Positions 1-9,897 of a stretch of 64,000 nucleotides of DNA are shown here, one piece after another (position 1 is the first letter of the stretch; the number at the start of each line of letters is the position of its first letter). This DNA is from Gemmatimonadaceae bacterium. Lineage in GTDB: Bacteria; Gemmatimonadota; Gemmatimonadetes; Gemmatimonadales; Gemmatimonadaceae. The notes beneath the pieces were generated by a model. It was not told where the DNA came from and did not search any database. It worked only from the letters and a program-made list of their open reading frames with translations. The position numbers and the translations under genes were made by a program. Location: contig DASXUN010000003.1 of the NCBI GenBank assembly GCA_036504815.1, positions 220,784 to 284,783 of the forward strand, read 5' to 3'.

Positions 1-234
1 GGCCGCGAGCGACGGATCGGCGCTGGGCACGGGCATGGGCGCCGGCTCGAAGACCGCGAGCACGCACACCGTGCTGCGTCCACGACGACGCAGCTCCGCG
101 ACGAGTGCCGCCGCGCCATCGGCGCTGGCCGTTCCGTCGGTCGCGAGCATCAGCTTCCCGTCCAGGAGGTGCTCGGGCAGAGGATGTCTCGCGGCGTAGG
201 TGGTGGCGTCCTGCGTGTCAGCAATGACTGACAT
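1..234 (-). CDS. universal stress protein (UspA) family, N-terminal part; gene continues past the left edge
   Basis: Not in the ORF track because it runs off the edge. Reverse-strand ATG at 234..232, then 78 in-frame GC3-rich codons to position 1: MSVIADTQDATTYAARHPLPEHLLDGKLMLATDGTASADGAAALVAELRRRGRSTVCVLAVFEP... The LMLATDGTxxSxxA...L...VL.V pattern is typical of the Usp N-terminus. Confidence 0.5.
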   Translation of the reverse strand, partial: MSVIADTQDATTYAARHPLPEHLLDGKLMLATDGTASADGAAALVAELRRRGRSTVCVLAVFEPAPMPVPSADPSLAA

Positions 235-401
235 TGCGGCTCCCAAGGTTCTCATCATCAGCCTACGGCTCCACAATGCCATGGACAGTCGGGCAACGTT
301 CCCAAAAAAGGTGCGGGAATTCCCCCGACCACGACCCCGGAAATGCCTTGCGTTGGGGCGTTCTCGGTGCATTTTCAGAGGGAGAGGACCCACACGCCTA
401 T

Positions 402-2063
402 ATGGATCCCAGGCCCCCAACCGTCACCCGCGGAGACGATTTGCCCGAGGACGTAGCCGTCGCGACGATTGCGGCGCCTGACGCGCTGTTTGCGAGCATC
501 CTCGATATCGCGGTTGACGCCATCATTGTGGTGTCCTCGTCCCAGCACATCCTGCACTTCAATCAGGGCGCGACCCAGGTCTTCGGCTACCTCCCCGAGG
601 AGATGGTGGGACGGCCGCTCGCCGAGCTGATGCCGGATCGTTACCGCGGGGCGCACGGGGCGCACGTGCAGGAGTTCCGGGGGAGTGCGGAACGGGCGCG
701 CCGCATGGCGGAGCGGCGCGAGATCTACGGCGTGCGCAAGGACGGGACGGAGTTCCCGGCCGAGGCGTCCATCTCCCGCCTCGAGACGCGGCACGGGCCC
801 ATCTACACGGTGGTGCTGCGCGACATCACCGAGCGCACGCTGCGCGAGCGCAACGAGCGCTTCCTCTCGGAGGCGGGCGGCCTGCTCGGCACGTCGCTCG
901 ACGTTGGGCGCACGCTGCAGGCGCTGGCGAGCGTCCCGGTGCCGTATCTCGCGGAGGCGTGCATCGTGGACGTCGTCGGCCCGGACGGCGGCTGGCAGCG
1001 GCAGGTGAGCCGCAGCGACGTGGCGGAACTGCACGACGCGCTCGACGCGGTGGGACGCCATACGCTCACGTGGGACAGCCCGTGGCGCGCCATCGACGCA
1101 ATGCGCGCGCAGAAGCTGGAGGTGGTGAGCGCCATCACGGACGACTGGCTGGAGGGGCACACGGAGACCGCCTCGGAACTGGCGCGGTGGAAGGCGCTGA
1201 AGGCCAGGTCCGCGCTGTTCGTGCCGCTCATCGCCCGCGATCATGTGCTGGGCGCGCTCACACTGGTGCGCCTCAGCCACGCGCCGTTCACCCCGGAGCA
1301 GGTGGCGCTGGCGCAGGCGCTGGGCCGGCGCGCCGCCTACGCGATGGACAACGCGCGGCTGTACACGATGGCCCAGCGCGCCACGCGGGCGCGTGAGGAC
1401 GTCCTGAGCGTCGTGTCGCACGACCTGGGGAATCCACTCGCCGCCATTCGCCTGTGCGCGGCGGCACTGCTCGAGGCGCCGCCGTCGGACGTCAAGGAGC
1501 AGCGGCACCTCATCCAGGCCATCGGCAACTCGGCGGACTGGATGTCGAAGCTGATCCAGGACCTGCTCGATGTCTCGACCATCGAGGTCGGCAAGCTCTC
1601 GGTCGAGCGCCGCACCGAACAGGTGGCGCCGATCCTCAAGCAAGCGCTGGCCATGGTGGCGCCGCAGGCGCAGCAGCGCGGCGTCGAGCTCAAGTACGCC
1701 CTGGGCATTGGCGTCCCGCCGGTGCATGGCGATGCGGCGCGCCTCATTCAGGTGCTCACCAACCTGCTCGGCAACAGCCTCAAGTACACGGATCGCGGTG
1801 GCGTCGTCTCCGTCTCCGCGGAGGCCCAGGCCGACGAGGTGCTGATCACCGTGCGCGACACGGGGAGCGGCATCCCGGCCGAACAGGTCCCGCGCATCTT
1901 CGAGCGCTACTACACGCGGAAGCGCGGCGCCAACAAGAGCGGCTCGGGGCTGGGACTCTCGATCGCGCGCGGCATCGTGGAAGCGCATGGCGGGCGCATC
2001 TGGGTGGAGAGCGTGCTGGGCGAAGGGTCCTCGTTCCACGTCGCGCTGCCGGCCGCGAAGTAA
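402..2063 (+). CDS. sensor histidine kinase (PAS, GAF-like, HisKA, HATPase_c)
   Basis: ORF 234..2063. PAS-like ILDIAVDAIIVVSS..FNQGATQVFGY; H-box SVVSHDLGNPLAAI; N/G boxes LTNLLGNSLKYT, VRDTGSGIP, GSGLGLSIARGIV. Start is uncertain. I prefer ATG 402 (MDPRPP) because position 234 would abut the divergent Usp start. Confidence 0.88.
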   Translation: MDPRPPTVTRGDDLPEDVAVATIAAPDALFASILDIAVDAIIVVSSSQHILHFNQGATQVFGYLPEEMVGRPLAELMPDRYRGAHGAHVQEFRGSAERARRMAERREIYGVRKDGTEFPAEASISRLETRHGPIYTVVLRDITERTLRERNERFLSEAGGLLGTSLDVGRTLQALASVPVPYLAEACIVDVVGPDGGWQRQVSRSDVAELHDALDAVGRHTLTWDSPWRAIDAMRAQKLEVVSAITDDWLEGHTETASELARWKALKARSALFVPLIARDHVLGALTLVRLSHAPFTPEQVALAQALGRRAAYAMDNARLYTMAQRATRAREDVLSVVSHDLGNPLAAIRLCAAALLEAPPSDVKEQRHLIQAIGNSADWMSKLIQDLLDVSTIEVGKLSVERRTEQVAPILKQALAMVAPQAQQRGVELKYALGIGVPPVHGDAARLIQVLTNLLGNSLKYTDRGGVVSVSAEAQADEVLITVRDTGSGIPAEQVPRIFERYYTRKRGANKSGSGLGLSIARGIVEAHGGRIWVESVLGEGSSFHVALPAAK

Positions 2064-2115
2064 CCGGCAGCGGGATACTGAACGCGAAAGCCCACGCCAG
2101 GATCATGAAGCAAAT

Positions 2116-2140
2116 GGGCGCGAAGATGATCTTCGCGCCC
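2116..2140. terminator. GC-rich hairpin between convergent genes (possible bidirectional terminator)
   Basis: gggcgcgaaga-tga-tcttcgcgccc forms a perfect 11-bp stem. There is no clear U-tract. Confidence 0.4.
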
Positions 2141-2163
2141 GTTGCCGTCGGGTACCTGGCCAA

Positions 2164-3159
2164 CTACCGCGTCAGCGTCGCCCACACATCCGACGAGATG
2201 CCAGCCATCAGTTGCTGCGCGATCGCGCGCTGGGGAATGGCGCGCGTGAGGACCACGAGCACGTAGGGCGTGCGTCCGGGCGGATAGACGATGGCGGCAT
2301 CGTGCGTCGTGCCCGTGATCCATCCCGTCTTGTGCGCCACCGGCGTGCCCGCGGGGAGTCCGGCGGGAATCTCCAGGTTGAACTCCTGCCGCAGGAGAAT
2401 GGAACGCATGGTTGCGCACGCGGCCGGCGAGGCGGCGCGATCCTGCGCGATGGCGGCCATCAGCATGCCAAGGTCGCGGGCGGAGGTGGTGTTGTTGAGG
2501 CCGGCGTTGAAGGCCTTGGTGTCCTCGACGCCGCGGCGGACCTGCATCGTGGACGCGCCGAGCGCGTGCGCCGTGGCATTGGCCGTGCGGGCGTCGAGCA
2601 GATCGATGACCGCATTGGTGGCGAGGTTGCTCGAGCGCGTGATCATCCGCTCATTCAGTTCGCGCAGGGTGACCCGCTGGCCGATCTTGGCGTACAGTGT
2701 GGAGTCGGAATCGTCGCCCGCGTCGAGGGAGAACGGCGACCCATCGACGATCGACGCGAAGCGGTTCGCGAGCGTGACGGCGCTGTCGAGCCGGAGCGCG
2801 CCGGTGTCGGCGCGTCGGAAGAGCTCGATCATCACCGGCACCTTCATGGTACTGGCCGCGTGAAAGGAGGCGCCGGCGTTGACGGCCAGGGTGTCGCCGG
2901 AGGCCAGGTCCTGCACCCAGATGCCGGCGGTCGCCCCGGGGACAGCGGCGATGCGACGTTCGATGCCAAGTCGGAGGGCGTCCCACGCAGCCGGTGCGAT
3001 GACGCGATGGGGCGCGGTGACCGATGTCGTACGCGTCCCGGACGCGCGGGCCGACACGGGCGCCGGCGGCCGCGAAGGATTCTCGCGTGTGCGCAATCCG
3101 CAGCCGGCCGAGGCAACCACGGCGACGCCGAGGGCTGTCAGACAGGAAGTGCGATGCAT
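2164..3159 (-). CDS. class A beta-lactamase-like serine hydrolase, lipoprotein
   Basis: ORF 2164..3180. SxxK motif STMK, SxN motif SSN, KTG motif HKTG. Lipobox VVASAGC follows MHRTSCLTALG, giving a start at 3159. Confidence 0.8.
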   Translation of the reverse strand: MHRTSCLTALGVAVVASAGCGLRTRENPSRPPAPVSARASGTRTTSVTAPHRVIAPAAWDALRLGIERRIAAVPGATAGIWVQDLASGDTLAVNAGASFHAASTMKVPVMIELFRRADTGALRLDSAVTLANRFASIVDGSPFSLDAGDDSDSTLYAKIGQRVTLRELNERMITRSSNLATNAVIDLLDARTANATAHALGASTMQVRRGVEDTKAFNAGLNNTTSARDLGMLMAAIAQDRAASPAACATMRSILLRQEFNLEIPAGLPAGTPVAHKTGWITGTTHDAAIVYPPGRTPYVLVVLTRAIPQRAIAQQLMAGISSDVWATLTR

Positions 3160-3204
3160 GCCGCGAGTATATCCCACCACGGACCAGGTGGATAGGTTTC
3201 TACG

Positions 3205-4908
3205 ATGCTCCGCCCTGTGAATCTCCTGGTGCTGACCAGTGCGCTCGCTGCTGCGTGCCTACGCGCTCCAACGACGACCTCGGTCACGCCGGTGAATGAC
3301 GGTGGACGAGGTGCGCCGCGCGGCACGACGCCGGGGACGAGTGTCACCGCCGGCGTTGGCGGGTCGGTCGGAGCTGCCGCCGCCGGGGGAACGGCGGCCG
3401 GCGATACGTTGCGCCCACGAACCGCCGGGCGCGACACGCTGCGGACGAACGCTTCCCGTGGCACCGCCGCGCGTCCGGGCGCCGACAGCATCTCGACCGC
3501 GGACGTCACGGCGGAGACGGCGCGGCTGTTCGGCGCCGAGTCGCCGCCTCCCGCGACCGACACGATGGCCGCTCCCGGGGCGCCCGTCTGGGACATCGAC
3601 GTGCGCTCGTACGAGACGCGCACGCGGGTCGAGGACTACGTGCGCATCTTCAGCGGCCGCGCCAGGAACATCTTTGCAGTCGCGCTGCAGCGGCAGACGC
3701 GGTACGGCCCGATGATTCGCGAGCGGCTGCGGCGGCGGGGTCTCCCCGAGGACCTTACCTACCTGGCGCTCGTCGAGAGCTGGTTCAATCCGCACGCGTA
3801 TTCGCGGGCCGCCGCGGTCGGTGTCTGGCAGTTCATGGCGGGGACCGCACGCGGGATGGGACTGCGCGTGGACTGGTGGGTGGACGAGCGCCGCGATCCC
3901 GTGCGCTCCACGGAGGCGGCGGCACGGCTGCTGCTGGGCCTGCGCGACCAGTTCGGATCGCTCTACCTGGCCGCGGCGGCCTACAACGGCGGCTCGGGGC
4001 GCGTGTCGCGCGGGCTGGCGCGGTACGCCGATGCCCTCGATGGCGTGGAGGGAGAGGATCGCTTCTTCGCCCTCGCCGAGAAGAGCTACCTGCGGCCGGA
4101 GACGCGCGACTATGTACCGAAGATCATCGCGGCCGCGCTTGTGGGCGGCGAGCCTGCGCGGTATGGCGTGAAGGTCGAGTCGCTGCCGCCCTACTCGTAC
4201 GACTCCGTGCGCGTGCACGGTGGGGTGCCCCTGGCCGCGGTCGCCAACGCGCTGACCCTCACCGGCGACGAGGTGGCGGAGCTCAACCCGCACCTGCTGC
4301 GCGGCATGACACCGCCCGGCGACTCGCTGTGGGTGCGCGTGCCGTCCGGGCGCGCGGAGGGTTTCGACGAGCGCTTCGCCGCGCTCGAGCCCGAGGAACG
4401 CATCGCCCTGCAACGGGTCGTGACCAGGAAGGGACAGACGATGGTCTCGATCGCCAAGCAGCACGGGCTCACGTCCAAGCAGCTCGCCTGGTTCAACCCC
4501 AAGGTGGCGAAGTTGAAGAGCGGCGCCCTGCGCAGCGGGCAGACCATCCTGGTGCCGAGGCGCGACGTGGTGGCGCTTGCGCGGGATGTGGCGAACCCGT
4601 CGATCGAGCGCTATCCGAAGCGGAGCGGCGGCGTCCGCCGCCATATCGTGAAGAGCGGCGAGACGCTGTCGGGCATCGCCAAGCGGTACGGCACCAGCGC
4701 CAAGACGCTGACCCGGTTGAACGGGCTCAAGAGCGCGAAGCTGATGCCGGGACAGTCGCTCGTGGTGTCGGGACGCGCGAGTTCGAGCGCGAGGACGAGC
4801 ACGAAGAGCGGCGCGGCGAAGAGCGGTGCGGCGAAGAGCACGGTGAAAAAGAAGGCGCCGGCCAAGAAGTCCGGCGCCGCCAAGCCCGCTGCAAACGCAA
4901 AGAAGTAA
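3205..4908 (+). CDS. membrane-bound lytic transglycosylase (SLT domain) with LysM repeats, MltD-like
   Basis: SLT catalytic region LALVESWFNPHAYSRAAAVGVWQFM. Two to three LysM-like repeats (e.g. HIVKSGETLSGIAKRYGTSAKTLTRLNGL). N-terminal signal peptide and a Lys/Ala-rich tail. Confidence 0.85.
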   Translation: MLRPVNLLVLTSALAAACLRAPTTTSVTPVNDGGRGAPRGTTPGTSVTAGVGGSVGAAAAGGTAAGDTLRPRTAGRDTLRTNASRGTAARPGADSISTADVTAETARLFGAESPPPATDTMAAPGAPVWDIDVRSYETRTRVEDYVRIFSGRARNIFAVALQRQTRYGPMIRERLRRRGLPEDLTYLALVESWFNPHAYSRAAAVGVWQFMAGTARGMGLRVDWWVDERRDPVRSTEAAARLLLGLRDQFGSLYLAAAAYNGGSGRVSRGLARYADALDGVEGEDRFFALAEKSYLRPETRDYVPKIIAAALVGGEPARYGVKVESLPPYSYDSVRVHGGVPLAAVANALTLTGDEVAELNPHLLRGMTPPGDSLWVRVPSGRAEGFDERFAALEPEERIALQRVVTRKGQTMVSIAKQHGLTSKQLAWFNPKVAKLKSGALRSGQTILVPRRDVVALARDVANPSIERYPKRSGGVRRHIVKSGETLSGIAKRYGTSAKTLTRLNGLKSAKLMPGQSLVVSGRASSSARTSTKSGAAKSGAAKSTVKKKAPAKKSGAAKPAANAKK

Positions 4909-4917
4909 TCTCGTCCG

Positions 4918-5412
4918 TCACGGCGTGCCGGAATCTACCGGCGCCCGCCACACGCCTGACTTTCCGCCGCTCTTTTCAAGCAGGCGCACGCCCTCGATCG
5001 TCATGGCCTTGTCCACGCTCTTGGCCATGTCGTACACGGTGAGCAGCGCCACCGAGACGGCGGTGACCGCCTCCATCTCCACGCCCGTCGCGGCCACGGT
5101 GCGCGCCTCTGCCTCACAGCGTACGCCGGGGAGCGCGTCATCCAGGGTGAAGCGCACCTGCACGTCGGTCAGCGGCAGCGGATGACAGAGCGGAATCAAC
5201 TCCGCCGTTCGCTTGGCGCCCTGGATGCCCGCGACGCGCGCCACGGCGAGCACATCGCCCTTGGCGAGCGCGTTGTCGCGGATGGCGCGCAGCGCCTCGG
5301 CGGACATGCGGATGCGCCCTTCGGCGCGCGCCATGCGCGCCGTGGCGGGCTTCGCCGAGACGTCCACCATGGACGCCTCGCCGGCGCGGTTCACGTGGGA
5401 GAGGTCGCTCAT
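4918..5412 (-). CDS. moaC: cyclic pyranopterin monophosphate synthase MoaC
   Basis: [12 protein letters not shown]...I......[35 protein letters not shown] is characteristic of MoaC. There is a 4-nt overlap with holB. Confidence 0.92.
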   Translation of the reverse strand: MSDLSHVNRAGEASMVDVSAKPATARMARAEGRIRMSAEALRAIRDNALAKGDVLAVARVAGIQGAKRTAELIPLCHPLPLTDVQVRFTLDDALPGVRCEAEARTVAATGVEMEAVTAVSVALLTVYDMAKSVDKAMTIEGVRLLEKSGGKSGVWRAPVDSGTP

Positions 5413-6467
5413 GAGCCGAGGTGCGAGAGTTCGCGCATCAGGCGCGCACTGAGAAGTTGCGGCGACACGTTCTGCTGGGCGGCGAGCTTGGCTTCCTCCA
5501 CGGCGCGCATCGCGCGCGCCGCGGCGAGCGCGGCCGACTCGTGACCGGCCGCCGCGGCCGATCGCGAACGGTCGTGGAGGAGCACGCTCACCGCGTCGAG
5601 CACGTCGGAGAAGGCGCCACGGGCGCCCTTGCCGCCCTGCCCGAAGGCGGCGCGCAGCCAGCGCTCACGGCCGCCCTGGGCCGCGTCGAGAAAGGCGCGG
5701 GCCCGCGCGAAGACCGCCGCCTGCTCATCGTGCCCCAGCAGGCGCCCCGGCGCTCCGTCGCACAGGCGCACGCGTTCCTCGTCGTTCACATCGGCGCCGA
5801 GCGCGTCGCGCACGGCGGGTTCCGCGACGAACTGTCGCAGGTCGGCGTCGCCGAGGCGCGGCACGCGGAAGGCGACGACGCGCGACCGGATGGTCGGCAG
5901 CAGCGCCGAGGGTTCGCTGGACGTGAGAATGAAGGTGACGCTCGCCGGCGGTTCCTCGAGCAGCTTGAGGAAAGCGTTGGCGGCTTCGGGGCTCGACGCC
6001 TGCGGCACCATCCGCTCGGCGTCGCCGATGACGAAGACCTTCCGGCGCCCGAGTGCCGGTGAAAGCGCCGCCTGCTGGACGAGCATGCGCCCGACGTAGA
6101 CGTAGATCCCCTCGGTGCCACCGGGACGCACGTAGAGCCCGTGCGCCTTCACGCGGTCGGCGATCGCCTGGTCCAGATCCTCCTTCACATCCTCCGGACC
6201 GGGATCGTCCCGGAGGCGCGGTCGCGGGAAGATCCAGTGCAGGTCGGGGTGCTGCATCTCGAGCGCATAGCGACACGCCTGGCACTCGCCGCACGGCGCC
6301 GAGTCTCCCGTGCACAGCATCATCTGACCAAGCCAGAGCGCGAGCCGCTGCTTGCCGACGCCTTCAGGTCCGTGCAGGAGGATGGACGCGGGGAGTCGAC
6401 CGCTGCGCCACTGCGTGCTGAAACGATCACGCAGGGGCGAATGGCCGATCAGGGGAAGTAGTGGCAC
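5409..6467 (-). CDS. holB: DNA polymerase III delta-prime subunit
   Basis: [24 protein letters not shown] plus the zinc module [21 protein letters not shown], and the FVIGDAERM box. GTG start. Confidence 0.85.
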   Translation of the reverse strand: MPLLPLIGHSPLRDRFSTQWRSGRLPASILLHGPEGVGKQRLALWLGQMMLCTGDSAPCGECQACRYALEMQHPDLHWIFPRPRLRDDPGPEDVKEDLDQAIADRVKAHGLYVRPGGTEGIYVYVGRMLVQQAALSPALGRRKVFVIGDAERMVPQASSPEAANAFLKLLEEPPASVTFILTSSEPSALLPTIRSRVVAFRVPRLGDADLRQFVAEPAVRDALGADVNDEERVRLCDGAPGRLLGHDEQAAVFARARAFLDAAQGGRERWLRAAFGQGGKGARGAFSDVLDAVSVLLHDRSRSAAAAGHESAALAAARAMRAVEEAKLAAQQNVSPQLLSARLMRELSHLGS

Positions 6468-6473
6468 GCGCGG

Positions 6474-6513
6474 GATGGCGGATGGCGGATGGCAGATGGC
6501 GGAGGGCGGATGA
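6474..6513. repeat. heptamer tandem array (GATGGCG)n, about 5.7 copies
   Basis: gatggcg gatggcg gatggca gatggcg gagggcg gatga. The array lies in the divergent holB / S58-peptidase intergenic region and starts 7 nt from the holB GTG. Confidence 0.9.
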
Positions 6514-6636
6514 ACTGCCGCCCACCGATCCCTGACGATAGACGGTCGGCGGGGCTTGCACCAGTTTCAATGGCACGTTCCCTCGGTCCCGATCGCTCTG
6601 CGCCGGCTGCGCCGGCTTCTCCGACTCTGCCCCGCC

Positions 6637-7761
6637 ATGCGCCCGATCGTCTTCGCCCTACTTTTCGCCGCCATGACCAGTCCGCTCTCCGCCCAGCGTG
6701 CGCGTGCGCGCGATCTGGGCGTCGCTCCCGGGATCTTCGCCCCCGGCGCCAACAATGCCATCACCGACGTGGCCGGTGTTCGCGTGGGACATGCCACCGT
6801 CATCGAGGGCGCCGGTATCCGCACCGGGGTCACCGCCATCCTTCCGCACGAGGGCAACGCCTATCTCGAGCGAGTCCCCGCCGCCATCTGGGTGGGGAAC
6901 GGCTTCGGGAAGCTCATCGGCGCCACGCAGGCGAACGAGCTCGGCGAACTCGAGACACCCATCCTGCTCACCTGCACGCTGTGCGTGTGGAAGGCGGCCG
7001 ATGCGCTGGCCGAGTGGATGCTCGAGAAGCCCGGCATGGAGCGTGTCCGCTCGATCAACCCAACGATTGGCGAAACCAACGACGGCGGCCTCAACGACAT
7101 TCGCGCGCGTCCCGTCACCGCCGCGCACGTGCGCGCGGCGCTCGAGAGTGCGGCGGCCGGCCCGGTGGCCGAAGGAAGCGTCGGCGCGGGGCAGGGGACG
7201 GTGGCCTTCGGATGGAAGGGTGGGATTGGCACGTCATCGCGCGTCCTGCCGACGTCGCTGGGCGGCTACACCGTCGGCGTGCTGGTGCAGAGCAACTTCG
7301 GCGGCGTGCTGCAGGTGATGGGGGCGCCTGTCGGGCAGGAACTGGGCCAGTACTCGTTCAAGGACGCGATGTCGCGTGACGGCGGCGACGGTTCCATCAT
7401 GATGATCGTGGCGACCGACGCGCCGCTGAGCGACCGCAACCTGAAGCGGGTGGCTTCGCGCGCGATCATGGGGTTGGGTCGCACGGGGTCGGCCGCGTCG
7501 AACGGCAGCGGCGACTACGTGATTGCCTTCTCGACGGCCCGGGAAGTGCGCCGGGCGTTCAACGCCCGGCGGCTCGAGACGGCGGAACTCGCCAACGAGG
7601 AGGTGTCGGGCGTGTTCGAGGCCGTGGTCGAGGCGACCGAGGAGGCCATCTACAACTCGCTCTTCCAGGCGACGAACGTCACGGGGAACGGCCGCACCGT
7701 CGAGGCGATTCCGCTCGACCGGGTGCGCGAGGTCCTGAAGAAGTACGGCCGCGGGAAGTAG
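6637..7761 (+). CDS. P1/S58 family peptidase (DmpA/BapA-like aminopeptidase), secreted
   Basis: ORF 6556..7761. ITDVAGVRVGH, IGETNDGGLNDI and DGSIMMIVATDAPL motifs. Signal peptide MRPIVFALLFAAMTSPLSAQ gives a start at 6637. Confidence 0.8.
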   Translation: MRPIVFALLFAAMTSPLSAQRARARDLGVAPGIFAPGANNAITDVAGVRVGHATVIEGAGIRTGVTAILPHEGNAYLERVPAAIWVGNGFGKLIGATQANELGELETPILLTCTLCVWKAADALAEWMLEKPGMERVRSINPTIGETNDGGLNDIRARPVTAAHVRAALESAAAGPVAEGSVGAGQGTVAFGWKGGIGTSSRVLPTSLGGYTVGVLVQSNFGGVLQVMGAPVGQELGQYSFKDAMSRDGGDGSIMMIVATDAPLSDRNLKRVASRAIMGLGRTGSAASNGSGDYVIAFSTAREVRRAFNARRLETAELANEEVSGVFEAVVEATEEAIYNSLFQATNVTGNGRTVEAIPLDRVREVLKKYGRGK

Positions 7762-7818
7762 CGGGCGCGAGAAGTAGCGGGCGCGAGAAGTAGCGGACGC
7801 GGGAAGTAGCGACGCGAG
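7755..7818. repeat. 16-bp tandem repeat (GAAGTAGCGGGCGCGA) x4
   Basis: Copies at 7755, 7771, 7787 and 7803. The first copy contains the peptidase stop codon (..GGG AAG TAG). Lies between convergent genes. Confidence 0.9.
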
Positions 7819-7823
7819 CGGCG

Positions 7824-8261
7824 CTACGGCGTCGCGGCGCGCCCGGTGATCGTTTCCGCGCGGATGCGGAAGACGTTCGTCCGCTCAGGCGTCGGGTCGT
7901 GCTCGGCGAAGGCCTCGGGGACGATGCGCCGCAGGAGCGCGACGGCGTGCGCCATCTCCGCCGGCGTCTCCTCCGCCGAGAGCAGGTCGAGCGTTCCCTT
8001 CACGACGACGCTGCGCCAGTCGTACATGGCGGCGACTTCATCGATCTCGAACGCGACCAGCCGATTGGCCGTGATCGCGCGCAGCTTGGTGCCGTCGCGC
8101 GTGCGTCCGTAGACGCTGCCCTGATCCCACACGTAATGAATGGGCTGGATGTCCACGCGGCCGTAGTAGCCAAAGGCAATACGACCGACGTGATGCGCCG
8201 CCAGCAGGGCGGCGCACGCGGTATCATCCAGGATCCGGAAGGTCGGCGTCGACGGGTTCAC
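7824..8261 (-). CDS. pyridoxamine 5'-phosphate oxidase-like FMN-binding family protein
   Basis: LDDTACAALLAAHHVGRIAF...IQPIHYVWDQGSVYGRT fits the split-barrel PNPOx-like pattern. Size is 145 aa. Confidence 0.72.
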   Translation of the reverse strand: MNPSTPTFRILDDTACAALLAAHHVGRIAFGYYGRVDIQPIHYVWDQGSVYGRTRDGTKLRAITANRLVAFEIDEVAAMYDWRSVVVKGTLDLLSAEETPAEMAHAVALLRRIVPEAFAEHDPTPERTNVFRIRAETITGRAATP

Positions 8262-9412
8262 GGGAGGGCTCCTTCAGTGCCGGAGGCCATCCGGCGGTAT
8301 GCATCGATTACGCGCTGCAGCGCTATTTCGCTTGAATCGCCGCACGCCGAGAGGTGGCCCATCTTGCGTCCCGGACGCGCTTCGCGCTTGCCATAGAGGT
8401 GCACGCGCACGCCCGGCAGGCCGAGCACGCCGCCGATATCGGGCGCCGTTGGACCGGACCACACCTCGCCGAGCAGGTTGTAGATCGCGGCCGGCCGCAC
8501 CACATCGGTGTCGCCGAGGGGAAGCCCGCAGACGGCGCGCACCAGCTGCTCGAACTGGCTCGTGACGCAGGCGCGCTCCGAATGGTGGTACGTGTTGTGC
8601 GGCCGCGGCGCGAGCTCGTTGACGCAGAGCGTGCCGTCCTCGAGCAGGAAGAGCTCCACGGCAATGAGCCCCACCACGTCGAGCTGCTCGGCGATGCCGC
8701 ACGCGATCTCGGTGGCGCGTGCCACGACGGCGTCGTCGAAGCCACCGGGTATCACCGACCAGGTAAGCACGCCGTGCGTGTGATGGTTGCGCGCGGGCGG
8801 GTAGGCGCGCAGCTCGCCGCGTGGTGAACGCGCGACCATCACGCTCAGCTCCGCGGCGAGCGGGAGAAACTTCTCCGCGACGCAGACCGGGGCGCCGATG
8901 CCGGTGAACGCCCCGGCGGCGCGTTCCACGTCGTGCACACGCGCCTGGCCGCGGCCGTCATAGCCGCCGTGCGTGGACTTCACGATGCAGGAACCGAAGC
9001 GCCTCACGGCGTCCGTGGTCTCGTCCGCGCTGCGCACGACGGCGAACGGACCCACCGGAAAGCCGTTATCGCGCAACCACTCCTTCTGGCGCGCGCGGTC
9101 CTGCACGATCCACAGCACCTGGGGCTTCGGGTGAATCGGCGCATGCCGCGCGGCCGCCTCGAGCGAGTGGAGCGGGATCTGCTCGATTTCCATCGTCACC
9201 ACGTCGGCCCCTTCGGCCAGGCGCGCGGCGGCCTCGTCGTCCGACCACTTGGCGGTGATCGTCAGGGAGGCGAGCGGTCGGGCGGGGCAGTGCGCCTCGG
9301 GGTCGAGGACGTGCACGTCGTAGCCCATCGTCCGCGCGGCCATCGCGGCCATGCGTCCCAACTGGCCGCCGCCGAGGAAGCCGATGGTCGAGCCCGGGAG
9401 AATCACACTCAC
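8258..9412 (-). CDS. purK: N5-carboxyaminoimidazole ribonucleotide synthase
   Basis: IGFLGGGQLGRMAAMAARTMGYDVHVLDP and an ATP-grasp body. Overlaps purE by 4 nt. Confidence 0.92.
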   Translation of the reverse strand: MSVILPGSTIGFLGGGQLGRMAAMAARTMGYDVHVLDPEAHCPARPLASLTITAKWSDDEAAARLAEGADVVTMEIEQIPLHSLEAAARHAPIHPKPQVLWIVQDRARQKEWLRDNGFPVGPFAVVRSADETTDAVRRFGSCIVKSTHGGYDGRGQARVHDVERAAGAFTGIGAPVCVAEKFLPLAAELSVMVARSPRGELRAYPPARNHHTHGVLTWSVIPGGFDDAVVARATEIACGIAEQLDVVGLIAVELFLLEDGTLCVNELAPRPHNTYHHSERACVTSQFEQLVRAVCGLPLGDTDVVRPAAIYNLLGEVWSGPTAPDIGGVLGLPGVRVHLYGKREARPGRKMGHLSACGDSSEIALQRVIDAYRRMASGTEGALP

Positions 9413-9897
9413 GGCAGCGACTGGGCTCGTACGGCCGCCGCGCGCTGTTCACGCCAGGCGCGGATGCGGTCGCGCACCTCCGGATGGCTTGTCCCGACGA
9501 TCTCTGCCGCGAGGATGCCTGCGTTGGACGCCCCCGGCTTGCCGATGGCGAGCGTGCCGACCGGAATGCCGGCGGGCATCTGGACAATCGAGAGCAGGGC
9601 ATCGACGCCGTTCAGCGCGGTGGCCGGCACGGGGACGCCGAGCACCGGAACCAGGGTCTTGGAGGCGACCATGCCCGGCAGGTGGGCGGCGCCGCCAGCG
9701 GCGGCAATGATGACCATCAGGCCACGCGCTTCGGCTCCGGCGGCATACTCGAACATCCAGTCCGGGGTGCGATGCGCCGAGACCACGGCCTTCTCGTACG
9801 GGACGCCGAACTGCTCGAGCATCTCACAGGCCGGGGCCAGATGCTCGTAGTCGCTCGCGCTCCCCATGATGACGCCAACCAAGGGTGGAGTGGGCAT
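9409..9897 (-). CDS. purE: N5-carboxyaminoimidazole ribonucleotide mutase
   Basis: VGVIMGSASDYEHL...VSAHRTPDWMFEYA...IIAAAGGAAHLPGMVAS. Confidence 0.95.
   Translation of the reverse strand: MPTPPLVGVIMGSASDYEHLAPACEMLEQFGVPYEKAVVSAHRTPDWMFEYAAGAEARGLMVIIAAAGGAAHLPGMVASKTLVPVLGVPVPATALNGVDALLSIVQMPAGIPVGTLAIGKPGASNAGILAAEIVGTSHPEVRDRIRAWREQRAAAVRAQSLP

Noticed and set aside
6474-6513. Possibility that the heptamer arrays here and at 15056, 22371, 34042 and 34125 are CRISPR arrays
   Set aside because: The units are 7 bp and directly abutting with no spacers, the arrays are 28-42 bp long, and there are no cas genes. They are short tandem repeats, not CRISPR.
6489-7379. 296-aa ORF starting MADGGGRM inside the heptamer array
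   Set aside because: Its ATG is supplied by the repeat unit, and the frame is out of register with the clearly homologous S58 peptidase (6637..7761). The product is Arg-rich and featureless.
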